This document shows positions 56,501 through 64,000 of a DNA stretch of 64,000 nucleotides, piece by piece (position 1 is the stretch's first letter; every line of letters begins with the position of its first letter). The position numbers were made by a program, and so were the translations under genes. Where the stretch lies: contig CALVKK010000001.1 in NCBI GenBank assembly GCA_944332645.1, positions 30,059 to 94,058 of the forward strand, given 5' to 3'. This stretch comes from an uncultured Bacilli bacterium. Lineage in GTDB: Bacteria > Bacillota_I > Bacilli_A > RF39 > UBA660. The notes beneath the pieces were generated by a model that saw only the letters and a program-made list of their open reading frames with translations, made no database searches and had not been told where the DNA came from.

Positions 56501-57127
56501 TTATAAATCATTCAATTGTTTATCATAATAATTTTCTGGATTTACATTAACACCATTATGAATTAGTTCAAAGTGTAGATGATTACCTAAATCCTTAGAA
56601 ATATTAGCCTCTCCGCTTTTACCAATTACTTGTCCTTGCAACACAGAATCCCCCTCATTTACTAGCACCTCTCCTAAACTTTGATAGACACTTACCAGAT
56701 TATCTGCATGAGTAATTTCTACTATCTTACCCAATAAATTATTTTCCATAACTTTAGTAACTTGTCCATCTAAAACAGAAACAACATCAAATGCTTCTTT
56801 ACCTTGATAATCTATTCCACTATTTGGAATATAAGTATTCTCGTAATAGATCAATGAATCTTTTTGCTCGTCTTCTGTTCCTTTATAGTCATAAAAATGT
56901 CTTACAATAACTATTTCATCTTCTAAATAAGGTCTAGTTATAATATTTTTTGCATTTACAACTGGCAATTCTTCCTCAATTATAACATCATTTACATAAG
57001 TTGAATTATCTTGAAGTTTAGATTGTGATGAAATCGATTCAAGTAAATACACTGTTCCAATTACAGTGACAAATGATAAAGCATAAAATACATAAACAAC
57101 AGCTTTTTTTAATCTACGTTTTTTCAT
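56501..57127 (-). CDS. M23/LytM-domain membrane protein, SpoIIQ-like by position
   Basis: N-terminal TM, then an M23 domain (HADNLVSVY...GNHLHFEL). Lies between spoIID and spoIIID. Confidence 0.6.
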   Translation of the reverse strand: MKKRRLKKAVVYVFYALSFVTVIGTVYLLESISSQSKLQDNSTYVNDVIIEEELPVVNAKNIITRPYLEDEIVIVRHFYDYKGTEDEQKDSLIYYENTYIPNSGIDYQGKEAFDVVSVLDGQVTKVMENNLLGKIVEITHADNLVSVYQSLGEVLVNEGDSVLQGQVIGKSGEANISKDLGNHLHFELIHNGVNVNPENYYDKQLNDL

Positions 57128-57178
57128 ATTTCACCTCTATATTAAGTTTGAGCAAATATGAAAATTTTATACATTTTT

Positions 57179-58090
57179 TTAAATTTTTTTTATTGTTGTA
57201 CCTTGATAATAATACTTTAATATTTCATCATATTTATAACCTTTTAACGCCATAGCTTGAGCTCCATATTGACTCATTCCAACGCCATGACCATAACCTT
57301 TAGTAGTTATATATACATTTTGATCGTCTTGTCGAATTGTAAAATAATTAGATTTTAGATTTAGTTTATTAACCACTGTATTCCCATCAAAAAAAACATC
57401 ATTAATTTTAATTTTTTTTGTTCTTCCTGTACTAGTAGTTTCAATCGTTTCCAACTTAATTGTCGGTTGATATGATATACCTAACTTACTATAAAAATCC
57501 TCAAGACTAAAAGTATAATTTACTTCATAAACTGGTGAAATTTCATCCCATGTTGAACTCACACTTTGTAAATAAGGCAATTTGTTTGTAAATACCTCTT
57601 CACTATTTTCTGTATATCCAACACTAGTTGAAAAAAACATAGCATCGATTACTTCACCATCATATTCTAAATATTCGTTATGTGTTTCTAAAACTGCTTT
57701 CTTAATTTTGTTGATATTATCAATATAATCATCTTTCCACACACTCTTTAAATATTCATCATCTAAATACACTTGATTCATTACTGTATCAACTACATCA
57801 TATTCTTTATTTTTGTTATATTCCATTTTTTTCATAACATAACTGCGAGCAGCTACTGCTTGTGCCTTCAAAGCTTCAATATTAAAAGATATTGGCATTT
57901 CACCAGCCAAGACACCAACTATATATTCTTCAAAAGGTACTTTAATAATTTCATCAGTTTCTTCTTGTTTAACACGAACAACCATATTAGATGTATATTT
58001 AAATTTAATTTCATTATCTTTTATAAAAAAATTGACAACTAAATATGGTATCAATATAATTAAACAAGTTAAAAGCAGTATTCTTTTCAT
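57179..58090 (-). CDS. spoIID: Stage II sporulation protein D (lytic transglycosylase)
   Basis: SpoIID domain with EALKAQAVAARSY and GYGHGVGMSQYGA. Confidence 0.85.
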   Translation of the reverse strand: MKRILLLTCLIILIPYLVVNFFIKDNEIKFKYTSNMVVRVKQEETDEIIKVPFEEYIVGVLAGEMPISFNIEALKAQAVAARSYVMKKMEYNKNKEYDVVDTVMNQVYLDDEYLKSVWKDDYIDNINKIKKAVLETHNEYLEYDGEVIDAMFFSTSVGYTENSEEVFTNKLPYLQSVSSTWDEISPVYEVNYTFSLEDFYSKLGISYQPTIKLETIETTSTGRTKKIKINDVFFDGNTVVNKLNLKSNYFTIRQDDQNVYITTKGYGHGVGMSQYGAQAMALKGYKYDEILKYYYQGTTIKKI

Positions 58091-58126
58091 AATATCATCC
58101 CCAATATTAAAATACTGCTATCTATA

Positions 58127-58333
58127 CTAAATTATACGCGTTGTCATAAAAAAATCATAAAAAAAGTTAACGACTAAATACGACAAACTCATTGCTAAAA
58201 ACACAAATAAAATTCTGGCTTGATAATAACGATTTTTCTTAAACACATTTTGAATATTTATACTGTCTAAAGCAAGAAGAGAAAAAGGAAACACAATCAA
58301 ATACAAAATTGTTTTAATTGTCATAGTTATCAA
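58127..58333 (-). CDS. Small membrane protein
   Basis: 68-aa ORF with two TM segments. Confidence 0.4.
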   Translation of the reverse strand: MITMTIKTILYLIVFPFSLLALDSINIQNVFKKNRYYQARILFVFLAMSLSYLVVNFFYDFFMTTRII

Positions 58334-58742
58334 TCATTTCTACTCGTCTTTTGTGTTTTTCTTCATTTGAAAAATTTGTAGTTAAAAAAGCTTTTATAAT
58401 TTCCTTATAATTTTGTGTTTTCTCTCCTAATGCTATAACATTAATATTATTATGACTTCTAGCTAATATTGCTTCTTCTAATTCATTAATTTTAGCACAT
58501 CTTATTCCACGAACTTTATTACATGCAATACTCATTCCAATTCCTGTACCACAAATCAAAATACCTCGATCTATTTTTTTATCTTTGATTGCTTCACCAA
58601 TTTTATAAGCATATTGTGGATAATCGACACTTTCAATCGAATTGGTTCCATAATCGATTACTTGGTAATCAGCATTTAAATATTTTTTTATTTTTTCTTT
58701 TAAAATCACGCCACGGTGATCACTTGCTATTCCTATTTTCAT
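58314..58742 (-). CDS. rpiB: Ribose-5-phosphate isomerase B
   Basis: MKIGIASDHRG...LICGTGIGMSIACNK signature. Confidence 0.85.
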   Translation of the reverse strand: MKIGIASDHRGVILKEKIKKYLNADYQVIDYGTNSIESVDYPQYAYKIGEAIKDKKIDRGILICGTGIGMSIACNKVRGIRCAKINELEEAILARSHNNINVIALGEKTQNYKEIIKAFLTTNFSNEEKHKRRVEMIDNYDN

Positions 58743-58890
58743 TCTATCACCTCTTCAAATTTATAATTTAAATTACTTTAGTGACAACTGGTAACAATTT
58801 GTCACAGTTTTATTTTCAAAATTATCTCCTTTCTAATATCTATATTTTAATTATAACACGATAATGCAATTAAAAAGAAAAAAACTGCAA

Positions 58891-59106
58891 TTAAGCAGTT
58901 TTATCTTGATTAAGTCCATACTTGCGATTGAATTTTTCAACACGTCCAGTTTTTGTAGCAGTTCCTTGTTTTCCAGTAAAGAATGGATGACACTTATCGC
59001 AAACCTCTAGGTGCACTTCTTTTTTATTAGAGTTTACTGTAAAACTATTGCCACAAGCACAAGTAACTTTCGTTTCCATATATTCTGGATGAATTCCCTT
59101 TTTCAT
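58891..59106 (-). CDS. rpmE: 50S ribosomal protein L31
   Basis: MKKGIHPEY...CxC...[10 protein letters not shown]. Start trimmed from the ORF-track start. Confidence 0.9.
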   Translation of the reverse strand: MKKGIHPEYMETKVTCACGNSFTVNSNKKEVHLEVCDKCHPFFTGKQGTATKTGRVEKFNRKYGLNQDKTA

Positions 59107-59213
59107 AATTATATCTCCTTCCGCCATGACAAAATTAAGTCATAGAAATTTAATGCTCCTATATTATAACAAATATAAATAATAAAAAGCAAGTATTTTT
59201 TATAATTTCTTCT

Positions 59214-59927
59214 TTAATTATAAATTTCTTTTTTAATTGTTTCTATTATCTTTTGTGAAATCAATTCATACCCTTGTTTGTTTGGAAAATAAGTATTTGC
59301 ACTGTCAAAATATTTTATATTCTTAAAATCTTCATAAATGTCTATATATTTTATATTATAATTTTGCGCTATGTTTTTCATTCTCACATTAGCATAGTCA
59401 AAAAATTCGTTTAATTCTTCTTCACCCAAATAATTATGAATACCAATATACATTACTTCTTTCTTACAATAATCTCTAATTAACTTAAACAATTTTTCAA
59501 TATCTGCTGTTACTTCATCAAATTTGTCATATAAATCATTTATCCCAAAATCATTGTTAAAAGTAATGTTACTAAACAAATCGTTCATCCCTATCGAAAT
59601 CGTGACAACATCTGCTTTAATCAAAGCATTTTGCAATGTTCTTTCTTTTCCTTCAACAGTTATTTTTATATTCTCTTCAATTTCTTTAATTATATCGATA
59701 CTGCGATTATTATTTTTGGCCAAATTAACAAAGTTATCTAATTTTCCTTCACTTTTTAGAAAGTCTATTACATAATCAGTATAACCGTAATCATTAGTAC
59801 CATAAGTATTCATACCATTCGCTAAAGAATCGCCTAAAGATAAGTAATATATGTCTTTGTCCTTAAAACCTAAATAAATTAAAAATACTGATAAAGCAAT
59901 AATAATTATAGTTAATATTTTTTTCAT
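59214..59927 (-). CDS. SGNH/GDSL-family hydrolase with signal/TM anchor
   Basis: GDS block (LSLGDSLANG) and an N-terminal hydrophobic segment. Confidence 0.7.
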   Translation of the reverse strand: MKKILTIIIIALSVFLIYLGFKDKDIYYLSLGDSLANGMNTYGTNDYGYTDYVIDFLKSEGKLDNFVNLAKNNNRSIDIIKEIEENIKITVEGKERTLQNALIKADVVTISIGMNDLFSNITFNNDFGINDLYDKFDEVTADIEKLFKLIRDYCKKEVMYIGIHNYLGEEELNEFFDYANVRMKNIAQNYNIKYIDIYEDFKNIKYFDSANTYFPNKQGYELISQKIIETIKKEIYN

Positions 59928-59983
59928 ATTTCCCCCTAAAAAAAGTAGATTATTCTACTTAATTATATTATATATTAACCAAA

Positions 59984-61237
59984 TTATTCATCGAGTAAAC
60001 TAATATCAGCACCAACATTTTTAAGTTTATTAATTATATTTTCATATCCTCTTAAAATATGATCAACTTCGTTTATAACAGTAGTACCACTGGCTTTTAA
60101 TCCTGCTAAAACCAAACAAGCGCCTGCCCTTAAGTCAGTAGCTGTCACTTCTTTACCAATTAAGTTTTTCGGTCCATTAATGTATATTTTTGATTCATCA
60201 ATAATTATATCAGCACCCATTTCATTCAAGTATTTTACATTTTGAAATCTATTTTCATATATAGTTTCTTCTAACACTGAAACACCATTACAGCCAACTA
60301 ATAAAGTCGTTATGGGCTGTTGGAGGTCAGTGGGAAAACCCGGATATCCTAATGTTTTGATATCTACAGGTTTTATATTTTTAGCTGTAGATATTATCAT
60401 GTAATCATCATATACTTCTAAAGGTATTCTCATTTCCTTTAATTTTAAAATTAAAGACTCTATATGCTCTGGAATTATATTATCTATTCTTAATTTGTTA
60501 CCCACCAATGCTCCAGCAATAGCATAAGTTCCTGCTTCAATTCGATCAGGAATAACTTCAGTAAAACCACCATTAAGACGTGATACTCCCGTTATTCTTA
60601 TTTCACTAGTTCCTGCTCCTGTTATTTTAGCTCCTATATTATTCAAAAAAGTTGCAACATTGACAATCTCTGGTTCTTTGGCAGCATTGTCGATTACAGT
60701 TTGACCTTTCGCTTTTACTGCAGCTAACATTATATTGATAGTAGCTCCGACACTTGGAACATCCAAATATATATTATTTCCTTTCAAATTTTCAGCCGTT
60801 ATTAAGTATTTATTTCCATCTTCTTCAATCTTAGCACCTAAAGCTTCAAAACCTTTTAAATGTAAATTTATTGGTCTATCACCAATCGAGCAACCACCTG
60901 GAAAATAAATTTCTGCTTTTTTATACTTTCCTAACAAAGCTCCCATAAAATAATATGAAGCTCGCAATTTTTTTGCCTTTGCTTCAGGTATCTCTTTGTT
61001 TTCTAAGTTTATTTGATCTATAATAATTCTTTCATTATCTCTTGAAACTTTTGCACCTAGATATTCTAATATTTCACTTAAGGCATCAATATCAGAAATA
61101 TTAGGAACATTATCGATTGTTACGATTCCATCAGATAACAAAGAAGCAGGAATTAACGCAACAGCGCTATTTTTAGCACCACTTATTTTAATTGTTCCAC
61201 TTAATTCCTTTGCTCCATTTATCTTTATTTTTTTCAT
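59984..61237 (-). CDS. murA: UDP-N-acetylglucosamine 1-carboxyvinyltransferase
   Basis: KISGAKNSAVALIPASLL and full-length EPSP-synthase-fold similarity. Confidence 0.9.
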   Translation of the reverse strand: MKKIKINGAKELSGTIKISGAKNSAVALIPASLLSDGIVTIDNVPNISDIDALSEILEYLGAKVSRDNERIIIDQINLENKEIPEAKAKKLRASYYFMGALLGKYKKAEIYFPGGCSIGDRPINLHLKGFEALGAKIEEDGNKYLITAENLKGNNIYLDVPSVGATINIMLAAVKAKGQTVIDNAAKEPEIVNVATFLNNIGAKITGAGTSEIRITGVSRLNGGFTEVIPDRIEAGTYAIAGALVGNKLRIDNIIPEHIESLILKLKEMRIPLEVYDDYMIISTAKNIKPVDIKTLGYPGFPTDLQQPITTLLVGCNGVSVLEETIYENRFQNVKYLNEMGADIIIDESKIYINGPKNLIGKEVTATDLRAGACLVLAGLKASGTTVINEVDHILRGYENIINKLKNVGADISLLDE

Positions 61238-61277
61238 AAACATCCTCCACTACTATATTTGTATGTATTTTTCTCAT

Positions 61278-62129
61278 TTATGCCCTATCATTACTACCAA
61301 ATAGAATAACTTTTTCTTTGATCATTTCTTTCATTGCCTTTTCACCAGCTTTTATAATTTTGCGTGGGTCATACACTTTTTGATTTACTTGTAAAAATTG
61401 TCTTACACCTTGACTCCAAGCAATTTGCAATTCAGTATTAATGTTGATTTTGCATATACCACAACTAATTGCTTTCTGTATCAAATCATCTGGTATGCCT
61501 GAACCACCATGTAAAACTAAGGGTATATTAACTAATTTATGGATTTTTTCCATTCTTATAAAATCTAGTTTTGGTTTTCCTTTATAAATTCCATGAACAC
61601 TACCTAAAGCTGGAGCTAGAAAATCAATATTAGTGCTATCAACTAATTTTACTGCATCTTCTATTTTGGCATAGGCTAGTTCATTAGCAACACCATCTTC
61701 TTCTCCACCAACTGCTCCTACTTCTGCTTCAACTGTTACATTTTTATCTTTAGCATATAAAACAACTTGTTTAGTTATATTTATGTTTTCTTCTAAAGGA
61801 TATTTTGATGCATCGATCATAACTGAAGTAAATCCATTATCAATAGCTTTAACGCAACTTTCATAACTACTTCCATGATCTAAATGCAAAGCAACAGGAA
61901 TTGTTATGTTTAAATCACTAATTAAAGATTTAACTAGATTAGAAACTGTCTTATATCCACCCATATATTTAATAGCACCTTCACTAACTCCTAATATAAC
62001 TGGGCTATTTAATTCTTGACATTCTTCTAAAATAAACCTTGTCCATTCTAAATTATTTATATTAAATTGTGGTACGGCATATTTCCCACTATCGGCTTTA
62101 TTAAGCATTTCTTTCATATTAACTAACAT
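61278..62129 (-). CDS. fba: Class II fructose-1,6-bisphosphate aldolase
   Basis: VNMKEMLNKA...VPQFNINN...HLDHG...HGGSG motifs. Confidence 0.9.
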   Translation of the reverse strand: MLVNMKEMLNKADSGKYAVPQFNINNLEWTRFILEECQELNSPVILGVSEGAIKYMGGYKTVSNLVKSLISDLNITIPVALHLDHGSSYESCVKAIDNGFTSVMIDASKYPLEENINITKQVVLYAKDKNVTVEAEVGAVGGEEDGVANELAYAKIEDAVKLVDSTNIDFLAPALGSVHGIYKGKPKLDFIRMEKIHKLVNIPLVLHGGSGIPDDLIQKAISCGICKININTELQIAWSQGVRQFLQVNQKVYDPRKIIKAGEKAMKEMIKEKVILFGSNDRA

Positions 62130-62234
62130 TCTATCACCAATTTAATTATATATATTTTTTATTATAAAATCAATAATTTTAATATTATGTATGTCAAAAA
62201 TGTGTTATATTATACGGACAGAAAGGAGATATTT

Positions 62235-62546
62235 ATGGCAAAAATTCCAATGAAAATATGGATAAAATATAGTCTTGGACTTAAAACGGAACTAACAGAA
62301 GATGAAAAAAAAGAGATACAAGTATGTGAATTTGCAATGCATCTTTTAGTTCCAACTGAAAGTATTAATAGATATATAAACTTAATGGGAGGAATTGATA
62401 ATGTTATAAATGATATTTTTAAAATAGAATATTTAGCTGATTTATATAAAGTACCTACAATAATAATTAAATTAAAATTAGATTATTTATCAAATAAAAA
62501 CATTGAAGAAATTTCTAAAACTAAAGAATTTAAATTAAATACATAA
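62235..62546 (+). CDS. Hypothetical protein (weak ImmA/IrrE-like remnant)
   Basis: Start at the RBS-preceded MAKIPMK. EFAMHLLVP resembles the C-terminal part of ImmA-type peptidases, but no HExxH is present. Confidence 0.4.
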   Translation: MAKIPMKIWIKYSLGLKTELTEDEKKEIQVCEFAMHLLVPTESINRYINLMGGIDNVINDIFKIEYLADLYKVPTIIIKLKLDYLSNKNIEEISKTKEFKLNT

Positions 62547-63048
62547 ATGCAATAATTATTAATATTAAGCCACCAATTATGGTAGATGTTTTACCTATAA
62601 TATTATTTATTTTTTTACCTAGTATTAATCCTAAATAAGTAAAAGATAAGCTAAATAAAGAAAATATTGTAGAACAATATAAATAATTCTTACTAATAAC
62701 ATTTAAGCCAATACCTACTGAGAAACTATCAACGCTTACAGCTAAACCAAATAATAACATTTGTTTAAAACTAACAATATTTTTAATATCTTCTTCTTTA
62801 AATGTTTCATAAATCATTTGAATACCAATGATAAATAAAATAATAAAAACTATTATATTAGGGTTATTTATATATTTTAATATAATATTACCTAAAAACA
62901 AACCTAATAATGGCATAATAAAATGATAAACTCCAACTGTTAAAGACAATTTATATATGTCTTTTTTATTTAAATTTAAAGTACCATACGCCAAAGCTAA
63001 AGAAAAAGCATCCATACTAAGACTAATCGCAATTATAATTACTAGCAT
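62530..63048 (-). CDS. mntP: Manganese efflux pump MntP
   Basis: Duplicated DUF204 halves (SMDAFSLAL / SVDSFSVGI). About 6 TM segments. Confidence 0.8.
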   Translation of the reverse strand: MLVIIIAISLSMDAFSLALAYGTLNLNKKDIYKLSLTVGVYHFIMPLLGLFLGNIILKYINNPNIIVFIILFIIGIQMIYETFKEEDIKNIVSFKQMLLFGLAVSVDSFSVGIGLNVISKNYLYCSTIFSLFSLSFTYLGLILGKKINNIIGKTSTIIGGLILIIIAFMYLI

Positions 63049-63094
63049 TAAAAAATCCTCCTACAAAAATATATTTGTAAAAGAATTTTTTAGA

Positions 63095-63751
63095 CTACTT
63101 ACTCCAATCAATCGGTATAATATTTTTACTTATTAAAAAATTATTTGTTTTAGAAAAAGGACAACTACCAAAAAAGCCATTATAAGCTGATAGAGGTGAA
63201 GGATGAACTGATTCAACAATATAGTGATTTTTATTAGTTATTAATTTTTTCTTACTCCTTGCATATCCACCCCATAAAATAAACACAATTGGTTCTTCTC
63301 TTTCGTTTAATAGTTTTATAATATTATCTGTAAATATTTCCCAACCTTTTTCTTTATGAGATAAAGGAGTATCCTTTACAACGCTCATAATACTATTTAA
63401 TAATAATACACCTTGTTTAGCCCAATTAGTTAAATCATTGTTCATTTTTTTTATACCTAAATCATTTTCTAATTCTTTAAATATATTTGCTAATGAAGGT
63501 GGACGTTTAACATTATCTCTAACTGAAAATGATAATCCATGTGCTTCATTTTCTCCATGATAAGGATCTTGACCTAATATTACTACTTTTACCCCATCAT
63601 AATCTGTATATCTTAAAGCATTAAAAATATCTTTATACTGTGGATAACATATTTTATTTTTATATTCATTTTTTACAAATACGCCTAATTTTTTAAAATA
63701 ATCTTTTTTTAATTCATCTTTTAAAATTATATCCCAATTCTTATTAATCAT
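63095..63751 (-). CDS. ung: Uracil-DNA glycosylase
   Basis: GQDPYHG and HPSPLSA motifs. Start at the ATG with an AGGTG RBS. Confidence 0.9.
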   Translation of the reverse strand: MINKNWDIILKDELKKDYFKKLGVFVKNEYKNKICYPQYKDIFNALRYTDYDGVKVVILGQDPYHGENEAHGLSFSVRDNVKRPPSLANIFKELENDLGIKKMNNDLTNWAKQGVLLLNSIMSVVKDTPLSHKEKGWEIFTDNIIKLLNEREEPIVFILWGGYARSKKKLITNKNHYIVESVHPSPLSAYNGFFGSCPFSKTNNFLISKNIIPIDWSK

Positions 63752-63760
63752 AACTAACAC

Positions 63761-64000
63761 CTACTTCATTTTATCACATTCCTTATATCTTCTCAATTCG
63801 AATATTACATCTTTTTTCAATTTCATAATCGCATATATATTGATAATAGCTAAAATCGCAGTTAATATATTTACCACTTGCCAGATAAGATTCGCCGATA
63901 TGATAGAACTCATTAATAATACAACGCAACTAATGAATTTTAATAAAAAACTTTTTTTATTATTAACTTTAGTTAAAAATTTTAAATTTGATTGAGCATC
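63761..64000 (-). CDS. C-terminal fragment of a membrane transporter (possibly alanine/sodium symporter family); 5' end outside the window
   Basis: Hand-translated tail ...SANLIWQVVNILTAILAIINIYAIMKLKKDVIFELRRYKECDKMK. Family guess from memory only. Confidence 0.35.
   Translation of the reverse strand, partial: DAQSNLKFLTKVNNKKSFLLKFISCVVLLMSSIISANLIWQVVNILTAILAIINIYAIMKLKKDVIFELRRYKECDKMK

Noticed and set aside
62235-62546. ImmA/IrrE-type metallopeptidase or remnant of another mobile element next to fba
   Set aside because: Only a short EFAMHLLVP-like segment is similar. No HExxH motif, partner XRE gene or other phage genes lie nearby.

Overview
AT-rich, low-GC Firmicute DNA. The host flank carries a sporulation and cell-wall gene set (spoIID, spoIIQ-like, spoIIID, mbl, murA, ddl), so the host is probably a spore-former. 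Most of the window is a temperate phage present as a head-to-tail tandem. Positions 1..15582 look identical by eye to 36166..51747 (offset 36,165 bp). The window therefore reads: the last 15.6 kb of one prophage unit, an intact internal attP junction (about 15559..15598), one complete 36,165-bp unit (15583..51747), attR, and then 12.3 kb of host chromosome (51748..64000). The phage uses a large serine recombinase and sits inside a cotJC-like spore-coat (Mn-catalase family) gene; only the 3' part of that gene (51731..52213) is in the window. Phage modules: CI/Cro switch, lysogeny morons, Sak4-like/PD-(D/E)XK/SSB recombination genes, a replication organiser with internal iterons, a DNA methyltransferase, a podovirus-like structural block with a 1526-aa polyvalent virion protein, and a holin/endolysin cassette. 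The most unusual part lies between the early and packaging genes. It contains an RNA ligase-like gene, a late regulator, a DUF2828-type helical+vWA (Ro60-like architecture) gene, a tRNA-like RNA held in a closing helix, a second stem-loop domain, a terminator, a repeat-bearing late promoter and a tRNA-Gln(UUG). I read this as a candidate phage RNA-repair or Ro/Y-RNA-like module. All family assignments come from motif recognition by eye and memory, with no searches run. Gene starts are approximate where noted.
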